Shown one piece after another: positions 28,321-37,742 of a stretch of DNA of 64,000 nt. Within the stretch, counting starts at the first letter, position 1. Every line of letters begins with the position of its first letter. Both the position numbers and the translations under genes were made by a program. The notes beneath the pieces were generated by a model that was not told where the DNA came from, made no database searches, and saw nothing but the letters and a program-made list of their open reading frames with translations. The DNA is taken from sequence record SRR31156797_707; one strand, written 5' to 3'.

Positions 28321-30654
28321 TTACGCCTTAGTAATTGTTACAAATGTTTCGTGCATCGCAGCGTTACCTGAGATAGGCTCGATGTAATCTTCGAGAATCT
28401 CAGCCTGTGAAGCACCTTTCTTGTAAACATAGCTAAGCTGAGGAGAGAGACGACCGAATCCGTGTGCGTAGAATACGCAGTCAGGGCGGATCTTCTCAGT
28501 TACATAAACCTCAAGCTCCTGCTCACCTACTTTACTTGTTACTTTAACTCTTTCGCCGTCCACGATACCGAGTTTTTTAGCTTCTGCTGTGTTCAGCCAG
28601 AGAGTGTTCTCTTTCTGAATTTCCCAGAGGAAACCGTTGTTCTGTGTACCTGTGTGTGTGTTCCATCCGTGACGACCGAGGATAAAGCGGTATTTACCCG
28701 GCTCAGGCTGGATAGGCGCTTTGTAAACAGGAAGCGCATCGAGACCTTTTGATGGGTATTTAACGTTAGCAAGCTCTATCTTACCTGTTCTAGTCTTAAA
28801 TCTGAAACCAGGCTTACGTGTTTTACCGTATGTAGGTTTATCAGAGATATAGAACAGACCTTCTTTCATCATCTGCTCGTAAGCACCAGGGTAGCTCTTA
28901 AGCTGAAATTTGATGTAATCTGTCATCGGCTTATTAAGAATGCCGTCTAAGATGTCTGATTTGTAATCTTCAACATCCATCTCGTCTGCATCATCCCAAA
29001 GCTCAGGAATTTTGATCATTTCGTTAGCTACACCAGCAGCAATCTCGAACATAGACTTAGTCTTGAACACAGGCTCTACAACCGGCTGACGGAATGTTGC
29101 GATCGGCCAGATACCAGAGAGTGAGTGAACAGCGTCCCAACGCTCAAGATATGTTGACTCAGGAATAACGAGGTCAGCGTAGTGAGCAACCTCTGTCATC
29201 TGGATATCAATAGCACAGATGAATTCCATCTTGTCGATCATCTTCATAGTTTTCTGTCTGTTAGGAACAGCTTCGATGAAGTTCTGCTTGTAGATAACCA
29301 TTGCATCTACTGTGTATGGCTTACCTTTGAGAACTGCTTCTCTCATACGGAGCCATGAACCATCTTTCTCAGAAAGATAAGCACATGAATCTTCTGGAAG
29401 ACCAGCTTCTTTTCTTTCATCATCAGGAAGATAGTTTTCGAAATCTCCAAAAGAGCCAACATCCATTCTGCCCTCAGACTGCTCGAAGAACGGGAAGAGT
29501 ACATCATGCTTGTTAAGCTTAACAGGAGACTTAGGTACGATAGCGCCTTCTGTATCCCAGCAGCCGCAAATAGCTGTGAGGATAGCACAGGCACGACGGA
29601 AATAAACGTCGTTTACATACCAGCTAGTTCTACGGCCTGGGTAAGCAACTGAACGTGGAGCGTATCTTGCGAACTCTCTAGCTGTCCAGTAGATCTCTTC
29701 TGCAGAGATCTCACACTCGTTCTCAGCCCACTCTGGTGTGTACTGCTGAACGTGTGCAACAAGCTCATCAAAACCGTGTGTATATTCTTTAACGAAGTCA
29801 TCGTTATAGAGTTTTTCTTTGATGATTACATTTATAAGAGCAAGCACAAATGCAAGGTCTGTACCAGGCTTCACAGGGTACCATTTGTCAGCTTTCGCTG
29901 CAGTAGCTGTGAATCTTGGGTCGAGATATACAATCTGCTGTCCCTTAGGTCTGTTTTTCTGAATATCAATTGAGTCAGGAGTTACGATAGCTTCCGCTCT
30001 GTTAGCACCAAACATGATAGCGAACATAGCATTGTGCATATCCGCATCAGGGAAAGCACCATATACAGAAGACCAGCCCTGAATAACAGAAGAAAGACAA
30101 AGGGTCGGGTGTCTTACTGTGTTAGTAGAACCGTATGACTGTACGAGAAGGTGGAACGCATGTTCCTGAAAACCTTCAGAAGATGCGAAGAGTACAGAAG
30201 ATCTGTTCTCGTGCTTCTTCTTCTGCTCAGCGAGTTTATCTGCGAGCATTTTGAAAGCTTCATCGTAAGATATTTTCTTCCACTTACCCTCGCCTCTTTT
30301 GCCAACTCTGACAAGAGGAGAAGTAAGTCTTTCGTGGTTATAAGGCTCTTCAGCACCCGCGTTACCACGAGCACAAAGCATAGCACGGCTTTTAAAGAAC
30401 TTAGGGTTAGGGTTAAGTTTTTTAATTTTACCGTCAACTACGTGAGCATAAAATCCACACTTGTTAACACACATCTCACATGAAGATGGAATGTGCTTTT
30501 CGCCTTTTTCACCAGTAGGTGTCGGAGCATCGTGACCACTGCTTGCTACAGCCTTAAATGTTGTAAGGTTTGCAGCAAAAACACCAGCAGCAACTGCACC
30601 ACCTGAAGCCGCGAGAAATTTTCTACGGCTCAGATTCATACCGGAAAGCTTCAT
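28321..30654 (-). CDS. molybdopterin oxidoreductase catalytic subunit, PsrA/PhsA/SrrA family (operon 1)
   Basis: Tat motif SRRKFL; CEMCVNKC...LCARG; RHPTLC; PGTD, PESTYLER, HTGTQN; start corrected to 30654 after GGAGG. Confidence 0.9.
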   Translation of the reverse strand: MKLSGMNLSRRKFLAASGGAVAAGVFAANLTTFKAVASSGHDAPTPTGEKGEKHIPSSCEMCVNKCGFYAHVVDGKIKKLNPNPKFFKSRAMLCARGNAGAEEPYNHERLTSPLVRVGKRGEGKWKKISYDEAFKMLADKLAEQKKKHENRSSVLFASSEGFQEHAFHLLVQSYGSTNTVRHPTLCLSSVIQGWSSVYGAFPDADMHNAMFAIMFGANRAEAIVTPDSIDIQKNRPKGQQIVYLDPRFTATAAKADKWYPVKPGTDLAFVLALINVIIKEKLYNDDFVKEYTHGFDELVAHVQQYTPEWAENECEISAEEIYWTAREFARYAPRSVAYPGRRTSWYVNDVYFRRACAILTAICGCWDTEGAIVPKSPVKLNKHDVLFPFFEQSEGRMDVGSFGDFENYLPDDERKEAGLPEDSCAYLSEKDGSWLRMREAVLKGKPYTVDAMVIYKQNFIEAVPNRQKTMKMIDKMEFICAIDIQMTEVAHYADLVIPESTYLERWDAVHSLSGIWPIATFRQPVVEPVFKTKSMFEIAAGVANEMIKIPELWDDADEMDVEDYKSDILDGILNKPMTDYIKFQLKSYPGAYEQMMKEGLFYISDKPTYGKTRKPGFRFKTRTGKIELANVKYPSKGLDALPVYKAPIQPEPGKYRFILGRHGWNTHTGTQNNGFLWEIQKENTLWLNTAEAKKLGIVDGERVKVTSKVGEQELEVYVTEKIRPDCVFYAHGFGRLSPQLSYVYKKGASQAEILEDYIEPISGNAAMHETFVTITKA

Positions 30655-30718
30655 ATAGGGACCTCCTAGTATTTTCAATAACATTATCAGTTATTTATAT
30701 AATTCTGCATAAAATTAT

Positions 30719-30742
30719 TTTGTATACGGTATACAATATACA
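30719..30742. promoter_or_regulatory. tandem GTATAC/TATACA operator overlapping -10 of the operon 1 promoter
   Basis: TTTGTATACGGTATACAATATACA; minus-strand TTGCAT(30763-30758)-17-TATATT(30740-30735). Confidence 0.55.
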
Positions 30743-30770
30743 TAGCATAAGGTCGTAATGCAAGTGATTT

Positions 30771-30874
30771 TTTAGGCTTATGCCCACATTTTATAACCGT
30801 GTTTTCGCTTCTTTCACAGTAGTATAAGATATTTATAATAAACAATAAAATTGTCTTTCAGGCTTATGCTCTTA
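30771..30874. promoter_or_regulatory. two degenerate GGCATATGCC-type palindromes upstream of operon 1
   Basis: TTTAGGCTTATGCCCACA (30771) and TTCAGGCTTATGCTCTTA (30857). Confidence 0.5.
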
Positions 30875-31091
30875 TTGCTATCAAATTAGTAGGATTACAC
30901 ACGCCCATAACGAGTTTTAAAATTAAATTTCTATTACTTACACGTGTTTATAAAGACACCTTCTTGGTGTTAAAACTTTGTAAAGAAAATTAAGATTATT
31001 AAATAAATATGCGTTTTTATTGCAGAAATAAAAAAAGCCGAGGTGTTAACCCCGGCTCGAAACGTTTAAATTGAATTATATAAGGAAAATA

Positions 31092-31448
31092 CTATCTTAC
31101 GAGTTCCCCTTTATTACCCATGCAGTCTTCCGGATTATCGGAATCGTGCGCATGGTGAAAAACGAAATCATAGATAAGGCTCCACTCTTTCTCGTTCAGG
31201 GTGTTAAATTCCATCTTGTTATGAAATTTCCTGATGTACTCCTTATTATTCTTAAAGCTGTTCTTCCACTGTGTCTGAGTTTTAGAATCTGGTGAAAGTA
31301 CAGGGCTTCCGTTAGTGTCGCCGTCATGACATGCTATGCGGCAGTTCTTCTTCCAGACGTTGCGTCCGCTTTCGTGGTTACTCCCTGCAAATGCCATAAC
31401 TGTGCTGAGCACCATTATTATAGTAAAAATGATTATATTTTTTTTCAT
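31092..31448 (-). CDS. small periplasmic cytochrome c with CX3CH motif
   Basis: Signal peptide; CRIACH; LSP-x-x-KT-x-x-QW; C-terminal HAHDSDNPEDC. Confidence 0.75.
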   Translation of the reverse strand: MKKNIIIFTIIMVLSTVMAFAGSNHESGRNVWKKNCRIACHDGDTNGSPVLSPDSKTQTQWKNSFKNNKEYIRKFHNKMEFNTLNEKEWSLIYDFVFHHAHDSDNPEDCMGNKGELVR

Positions 31449-31458
31449 GATCTACCCC

Positions 31459-32415
31459 CTATTCCAGACCTATAGCGTGGATTGCATTCTCTCTGAGCGG
31501 CTTATCAAGCTTTGACGCTGCTCCTGTAACTGTTGGGTTGCAAAGAACGAAGAAGCCGTGCTTCTCCATAACTTTCGCAGCTTCATTTGAGAGGAGGTAT
31601 TTTGCAAATTTAACCGCCATCTCTCTGTTCTGCACAGTAGAAGGGATAGTAAGGCTGTAATAGATACAGGCAGCTTTGATCTTGTCCATGTCCATATCTA
31701 TATTCTTGTTCTCTATCTCAATGTCCTTATACATATCTGAGTATCTTGCGGAGAAGAGATTGATTTCTTTCGGAAGAGATACATACTTAAAGCCCTTCTC
31801 TTTAGCGTAGGTCTTATATGTAATGATATAGTCAACCTTACCGGAGATAAGATCGTTCACAACTGCCATATCGCTTTTACGCTCGTAAAGTGCGTTTTTA
31901 AGAACCTTATCTTTGAATCCTTTAACTCCGTAGAGCTTCTCTGCCATAGCGAGAACCATCATTGATCTGTAACCGCAAGGCTCGTCGTCAGCGGCAGATA
32001 CGCCCATCTGAACACCACTCTTAGTAATTGTCTTGTACCAGTTCTTAGAATTTACAGAACCGGAGTGTTTACTCTTTGATGTATAGCCGAGAACCATTTC
32101 GTTCTTAGCAAACATCATATTCCAATCAGCGAACTTATTTTTAACAAGAAGCTCATCAATAACTGTGTAGTCAGCACTGATAACAAGGTCGATAAACATA
32201 CCGTAGTCTTTGACCTCCTTTGCGGCCTTACCGCTGCATGTGCTTTGAGTCTTGATAGTCACCCCTTCTTTCTTTTCGAAGTTTTGAGCAAGTTCATTAA
32301 CCACACCTTCGAAGCTTCTTGGCAGTGTAACTTTGAGTATTGTCTCAGAGTACGCGGACCCTGCGCCCATAACCATAATGAGCATCACCAGTAAAGAAAT
32401 CGCTAAATGTCTCAT
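31459..32415 (-). CDS. WtpA/ModA-like oxyanion-binding protein (divergent, no permease nearby)
   Basis: SADY-x-x-ID, FAKNEMVL-x-YT, NWY, PCGYR, Y-x-x-LP-x-EINL, I-x-Y-x-LTIP. Confidence 0.8.
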   Translation of the reverse strand: MRHLAISLLVMLIMVMGAGSAYSETILKVTLPRSFEGVVNELAQNFEKKEGVTIKTQSTCSGKAAKEVKDYGMFIDLVISADYTVIDELLVKNKFADWNMMFAKNEMVLGYTSKSKHSGSVNSKNWYKTITKSGVQMGVSAADDEPCGYRSMMVLAMAEKLYGVKGFKDKVLKNALYERKSDMAVVNDLISGKVDYIITYKTYAKEKGFKYVSLPKEINLFSARYSDMYKDIEIENKNIDMDMDKIKAACIYYSLTIPSTVQNREMAVKFAKYLLSNEAAKVMEKHGFFVLCNPTVTGAASKLDKPLRENAIHAIGLE

Positions 32416-32554
32416 AATAAACACCTCTCGGTTTAATAAAATTGTTATATGTCTCTTTGCCCTGCGCTTTTCTACCTGCGCATAAGCTCATAACCATTTT
32501 GTTAAGTTATTGTCATTATTGACTTTTTAGCCTATGACAAAAACTCAGATACTT

Positions 32555-32592
32555 AAAAAAATAGCAGGAACCGCAACCGTGGCGACCCCTGC
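32555..32592 (-). terminator. intrinsic terminator of oxidoreductase operon 2
   Basis: GCAGGGGTCGC...GCGGTTCCTGC followed by a U tract. Confidence 0.7.
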
Positions 32593-32606
32593 ATATTTTA
32601 AGTTTA

Positions 32607-33797
32607 TTAGTCCTCAGTGAGATTAAGAAACCTCTCTGCGGCTAGGTATAGTGCTGCACACGCTACGATAGCACCTGCAACAATTGTTATCTCAGAAGCA
32701 CTCGGTGTATAAACAGCAAGCCCTTCAACAACGCCCTGAACACGGGAACCGGCAGTAGCCTCTCTCATAGGGACAAGCTGACCAGCAACAACAAGGTCGT
32801 ATCTCATAAAGAAGATACCGACAACTGCTGAACAGGATGCAATAAGAGCAGCCTTAATACTGTTACCCTTAGTAGCAAGGATAATAACGAACGGAATCAC
32901 CATTCCGAGCAGTATCTCAAAGAACCAGAAGTTGACAGACAGAGGACCAGCGATCATCGCCATCACTGTCTCATACTTCTCAGGCGGAGCACCATATACT
33001 GATGTAAGAACTTTCCAGATATCAAAGAAGATGATGATACCGAGGAGAAGTCCGAAAATCTTCGCAATACCGAGGAGAGCGTCCTTAGCCTTCTGCGGCA
33101 TGTTAGCCTGTCCGCCGTATGCGATGTTAAAGATAATGATAACAAGCGCACATCCTGAGATGAGAGCGGAAAGGATGAAGTAAATCGGAAGATACGGTCC
33201 GTGCCAGAAAGGTCTTGCCTCGAGGAAACCGAATACAGCACCAAGGTTAGAGTGAGCTGAGATACCCGCCACAAAACCAGCGAGACCAGCATAGAAAGCT
33301 CCCTTATGGTTATGTGTCATAAGGAAGTAGAACTCAACTATGATACAGAAAAGGTATAAGCCGTAGAGTGTACCCATCCACCAGATAGCTGATGCGAGGT
33401 TAGGAGATATAACATTATATATCGCCATTCTTATAGGGTGACCAATCTCTGTAGCGATCACTCCGAATCCACAAAGGATAGTGAGTATCGCAAGGATTAT
33501 CGCTCTTTTCCCGATTACTTCGTACTTTTCAATGTTGAATACGTGCCCCATTGAAGATATCAGACAGAGTCCTGTACTTGATACAACAAAGAACACATAT
33601 GTAGAGATCAGAAGCCCCCATGGAACAGACTTAGTTGTTCCGAGGGAAGCAGCATGACCCTTGGTCAAAATATTAAACACACCGTATAAGCCGACAAGAG
33701 CTATCGCACCGAGTACGATAATGAGCGACATAGGTATGCGTGTATTGCCGTTAAACATTTCTGAACGGCTTTTTGTTACTTCTGCATGACTGGACAT
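32607..33797 (-). CDS. NrfD/PsrC-family membrane anchor subunit (operon 2)
   Basis: VPWGLLISTYVFFVVSSTG, EIGHP-x-R, ARPFWHG, RYDLVVAGQ. Confidence 0.9.
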   Translation of the reverse strand: MSSHAEVTKSRSEMFNGNTRIPMSLIIVLGAIALVGLYGVFNILTKGHAASLGTTKSVPWGLLISTYVFFVVSSTGLCLISSMGHVFNIEKYEVIGKRAIILAILTILCGFGVIATEIGHPIRMAIYNVISPNLASAIWWMGTLYGLYLFCIIVEFYFLMTHNHKGAFYAGLAGFVAGISAHSNLGAVFGFLEARPFWHGPYLPIYFILSALISGCALVIIIFNIAYGGQANMPQKAKDALLGIAKIFGLLLGIIIFFDIWKVLTSVYGAPPEKYETVMAMIAGPLSVNFWFFEILLGMVIPFVIILATKGNSIKAALIASCSAVVGIFFMRYDLVVAGQLVPMREATAGSRVQGVVEGLAVYTPSASEITIVAGAIVACAALYLAAERFLNLTED

Positions 33798-33808
33798 CAG
33801 TTCCTCCC

Positions 33809-34366
33809 TTATTTAATGTAGAAGAGTTTAGGGTTAGTACCCTTTTCAGGTTTCTGAACCTCTGTTGATTCTGTCTGAAGGAGCTTTGTTCCCTCATCAC
33901 TCTTATCCATAAGGTTAGTAAAGACCCTAACCTTCGGAGGACAAGTTTCAACACATGCAGGTTCTCTGCCTTCTGCCAGTCTGTGGTAGCAGAATGTACA
34001 CTTATCTATTGCGTGTATCTCTGTGTTCTCATAACGAGCGTCGTAAGGACAAGCTGTCATGCAGTATTTACAAAGGATACATTTGTGATAATCCACAAGC
34101 ACGATACCGTCGTCTGTCTGGTAAGATGCTCTTGTAGGACAAACATGTACACACGGCGGGTTATCACACTGCTGGCACTGGCTAGGGCGAAACTTTCTGC
34201 TGATATTAGGGAATACAGCTCTATCGTTCTCAACTTCGCCAACCCAGTTACGGTAAGCATAGAAGCCTGCCGGTACACTGTTTTCGCACTTACATGCTAC
34301 AGTACATGCTTTACAATCGATGCAGGTCGCATCATCAAGTATTATTGCGTATTTTTTATTACTCAT
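33809..34366 (-). CDS. 4Fe-4S dicluster electron-transfer subunit (operon 2)
   Basis: Four Fe-S motifs, colinear with 27755-28309. Confidence 0.93.
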   Translation of the reverse strand: MSNKKYAIILDDATCIDCKACTVACKCENSVPAGFYAYRNWVGEVENDRAVFPNISRKFRPSQCQQCDNPPCVHVCPTRASYQTDDGIVLVDYHKCILCKYCMTACPYDARYENTEIHAIDKCTFCYHRLAEGREPACVETCPPKVRVFTNLMDKSDEGTKLLQTESTEVQKPEKGTNPKLFYIK

Positions 34367-34378
34367 AGGTCATCATCC

Positions 34379-36703
34379 TCACACTTTTTCTACTGTTACA
34401 AAAGTTTCGTGCATTGCGCAGTTACCGGAGATTGTCTCAACGAAATCTTCGATAATAGCCGCATCAGATGCACCCTTTCCATAGATGTTAGTGAGGCCTT
34501 TTGACATCCTTCCGAAACCGTGAAGGTAGTAGACCACATCTTCTCTGATGAACTCAGTGGAAAGCACCTTAACTTCCTGCTCGCCAACATTACTCTTAAC
34601 CTTAACCCTGTCGCCAGACTTAAGACCGCGCTTTCTGGCAACTTTAGCGTTTATCCAGATAGAGTTCTCCGTGTCACCGTAAGCTTCAAGGAGCCACATA
34701 TTGTTTTGAGTATTAGCGTGTGTGAACTGACCATGTCTTCCGACTACAAAGCGGAATTCGCCAGCCTTAGGCTCTTCATGAGCAGTATACTCAGGAAGCG
34801 GCTTAAGACCTTTATCAAGATATCTCTGTGAGAAAATCTCAATTTTACCTGTTCTTGTCTTCAGCTTGCCATTCTTGTATGTCTGTCCGAAAACAGGCTT
34901 GTCATGGATCCAGAAACATCCGTCTTCAAGCAGCTTTTCGAATCCGCCAGGGAAACCTGACATCTGATGCTCGATGAAAGAATGTACCGGATTAGCAGTA
35001 AGTCTCTCAAGACAGCCCTCTCTAAACAGCTCAAGATCCTCTTCGGCTGTATCTTCCCAGAAATCTTTCCTGTCCATAAGCCTGTGAGCTATCTTACACA
35101 TGATATCAAACATAGGCTTGGTATCGTGAATAGTCTCAATGACCGGCTGACGGAAAACAACGATTGGCTGAATACCGCTAAGGTTATGAGCTGGATCCCA
35201 TCTCTCAAGATATGTTGACTCAGGGAGTATGATATCTGAGAAGTGAGCAGTGTCACTCATAGCAACGTCGATAGTACAGATAAAATCAAGCTGCTTGAGC
35301 ATCTGAAGAGTTTTAGCTCTGTTAGGGATAGACTCGACAGGGTTCTGCTTGTAAACAAACATACCTCTAACCGGGTAAGGCTTCTTATTAATGATAGCCT
35401 CACGGAAGATCGGCCACGAACCGTCTTTCTCTGAGAGATAAACACAGGAATCCTGCGGGAGACCTGCATCTGTCTTCTCATGGTCAGGAAGGATATCATC
35501 AAGGAAAGGAAGCTTCCCTGCATCTATTCTGTCCATAGACCAGTCGAAGAACGGGAATACGATATCGTGCTTCTTAAGAGGAACCTTAGATTTTGGTACA
35601 AGACCACCAGGCTTGTCCCAAGCGCCTAAAATAGCGTTAAGGATAGCAGCGGCTCTTCTGTAGTAAACGTCGTTACCGAAGAATGAGCTTCTTCTGCCTT
35701 GATACCACACAGAAGCAGGAGCGTTCTTAACAAACTCTTCCGCCATCCACACGATTTCTTCCTCTGCGATCTCAGTCTCTTTCGCCGCCCAAGGGATAGT
35801 GTATCTCTTTACACTCTTAGCAAGCTCATCAAAACCTACTGTCCACTCAGCCACAAATTCCTTATCGTACAGATCATTAGATATAATGTAGTTGATAATA
35901 GAAAGAACGAGAGCGAGGTCTGTACCTGGTTTGATAGGATACCACTTATCAGCAATCGCTGTGGTTTTAGTAGCTCTTGGGTCGATACAAACCAGCGTCT
36001 GCTTACGCTTGTTTTTTGCCATGTCGATAGTGTCTGGAGTAATGATAGCTTCTGCTCTGTTAGCACCAGCCATTACAACAAACTTCGCATTTTCGATGTC
36101 TGAATCAGGGAATGTACCATACACAGATGAATACCCCTGAATGTTAGATGCGAGACAGAGTGTCGGGTGTCTTACAGTGTTAAGAGAACCAACAATGTTA
36201 GCCAGGTCGACAAAGAACTCTTCCTGCATACCCTCGGTTGAAGCGAATGCAATAGTAGATCTGTTCTCTTCCTCTTTAACAAGCTTAACCACCTGCTCTG
36301 TCACATAGTCGAAAGCCTCATCCCATGAAATTTTCTTCCATTTACCTTCACCTCTTTCGCCTACTCTTATCATAGGGTACTTGATTCTGTCAGGATCGTA
36401 AGGGATCTTTGCGCCTGCGTTACCACGTGCACAAAGCATACCTCTCGACTTGAAGAACTTTGGGTTAGGATTGAGTTTTCTGATTACACCATTATTTACC
36501 TCAGCTATAAATCCGCACTTATTTACGCACACGGAACAACAGCTAGGTATATGTTTAGTGCCTTTGTTGCTGGTTTTTTTCTGCGTTGATGATGCGATAG
36601 CTTTAACTGCACTCACACTTGAGCTAGCAGCTATAACTGTTGCAGCAGCACCACCCGCAGCAAGGAACCGACGCCTTGACAATTTTGGGTTTTCAATAAA
36701 CAT
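34379..36703 (-). CDS. molybdopterin oxidoreductase catalytic subunit, PsrA/PhsA/SrrA family (operon 2)
   Basis: Tat motif SRRRFL; CSVCVNKC...LCARG; RHPTLC; PESTYLER; start corrected to 36703 after GGAGG. Confidence 0.9.
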   Translation of the reverse strand: MFIENPKLSRRRFLAAGGAAATVIAASSSVSAVKAIASSTQKKTSNKGTKHIPSCCSVCVNKCGFIAEVNNGVIRKLNPNPKFFKSRGMLCARGNAGAKIPYDPDRIKYPMIRVGERGEGKWKKISWDEAFDYVTEQVVKLVKEEENRSTIAFASTEGMQEEFFVDLANIVGSLNTVRHPTLCLASNIQGYSSVYGTFPDSDIENAKFVVMAGANRAEAIITPDTIDMAKNKRKQTLVCIDPRATKTTAIADKWYPIKPGTDLALVLSIINYIISNDLYDKEFVAEWTVGFDELAKSVKRYTIPWAAKETEIAEEEIVWMAEEFVKNAPASVWYQGRRSSFFGNDVYYRRAAAILNAILGAWDKPGGLVPKSKVPLKKHDIVFPFFDWSMDRIDAGKLPFLDDILPDHEKTDAGLPQDSCVYLSEKDGSWPIFREAIINKKPYPVRGMFVYKQNPVESIPNRAKTLQMLKQLDFICTIDVAMSDTAHFSDIILPESTYLERWDPAHNLSGIQPIVVFRQPVIETIHDTKPMFDIMCKIAHRLMDRKDFWEDTAEEDLELFREGCLERLTANPVHSFIEHQMSGFPGGFEKLLEDGCFWIHDKPVFGQTYKNGKLKTRTGKIEIFSQRYLDKGLKPLPEYTAHEEPKAGEFRFVVGRHGQFTHANTQNNMWLLEAYGDTENSIWINAKVARKRGLKSGDRVKVKSNVGEQEVKVLSTEFIREDVVYYLHGFGRMSKGLTNIYGKGASDAAIIEDFVETISGNCAMHETFVTVEKV

Positions 36704-36742
36704 ATACGCCTCCGAATTGGATGAATAAAATTGTATATCCAA

Positions 36743-36771
36743 ATAATAAAACTACTGACTAAAACTGTCAA
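36743..36771 (-). promoter_or_regulatory. sigma70-type promoter of operon 2
   Basis: TTGACA-17 nt-TATTAT. Confidence 0.7.
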
Positions 36772-36798
36772 TATAATTTTTTCTTTTTTATCAGTACT

Positions 36799-36876
36799 TT
36801 ATGGCATATGCCCATAATTATATATTCCAACTAAAAACGTATTAATAACATTGTTTTAATTGGCATATGCTCGCAA
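36799..36876. promoter_or_regulatory. two GGCATATGCC-type palindromes upstream of operon 2
   Basis: TTATGGCATATGCCCATAA (36799) and ATTGGCATATGCTCGCAA (36859). Confidence 0.65.
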
Positions 36877-36936
36877 AAATATTTAGAAATTATTTAGAGA
36901 AAACTAGAAAAGGGACGAGATAATAAAGCTTAAAAA

Positions 36937-37401
36937 CTAGCCCTTATTAATCCGTAATGGACACTCACAGTAATTGCCGCATCTCGCTCTTTTAATCACT
37001 TCACGGGAGTCACACTCAGGACACTTAACAGTATCATTGCTTTTAGGTCCAGGTAACATCCACTCATGACCACATTCGATACACTTAACTTCTCTGTCGA
37101 TAAATTCGATATTTGAATCTATCTCCATATTAAGTATTTTTCCATTAATGAGAGCTCTTGTAACGGTCTGACGTGCCTGCTCAATGATCCTGCCGAATGT
37201 CTGCCTTGAGACCTTCATAAACTCAGCAGCCTCAATATGAGACATACCCTCAAGGTCTGCAAGCCTCATAGCTTCCAGTTCGTCGATAGCAAGATTTACG
37301 CAGTCGGTCTCTTCTGTACATACATGACCTGCATTAAGAGGTCCGAAACTTGTGTAAGAGATTCTGTGCTTAACATATCTCTTCTTGGGAGGTCGAGCCA
37401 T
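36937..37401 (-). CDS. DUF134 family predicted DNA-binding protein with C-terminal zinc ribbon
   Basis: MARP-x-K-x-R, DELEAMRLADLEG, AA-x-x-M-x-VSRQTFGRII; CIECGHEW...CPEC. Confidence 0.88.
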   Translation of the reverse strand: MARPPKKRYVKHRISYTSFGPLNAGHVCTEETDCVNLAIDELEAMRLADLEGMSHIEAAEFMKVSRQTFGRIIEQARQTVTRALINGKILNMEIDSNIEFIDREVKCIECGHEWMLPGPKSNDTVKCPECDSREVIKRARCGNYCECPLRINKG

Positions 37402-37493
37402 AATAAACACCTTCAAAATAAAAAATAAATGTCTCTAATTAAAATTATAATACATAATACCTATTCGTCAACGCAAAATAAAACATTGTTTAG

Positions 37494-37567
37494 TTATGGG
37501 ATTATGCTCGTAACCAGCATATTTTTTTTAACCAAAAAACCTAACAGCTAAAGAGCATATGCCCCAA
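37494..37567. promoter_or_regulatory. two GGCATATGCC-type palindromes upstream of the DUF134 gene
   Basis: TTATGGGATTATGCTCGTAA (37494) and TAAAGAGCATATGCCCCAA (37549); promoter TTGACG-16-TATAAT at 37471-37444. Confidence 0.6.
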
Positions 37568-37742
37568 TGCGCCCAAAACACCTAAAACACTCTTTAAAAA
37601 GGAATCTGAGAAGATACTAGACAGAGTACAGATTAGATATATCTATACAGCAAAATAGAAAGTTTATTCTATAAAATTGTTTTAACATGAAAAGGGCAGC
37701 CCATATGAGCCGCCCTTTAATATTAGTTTCAACTTCAGATGA

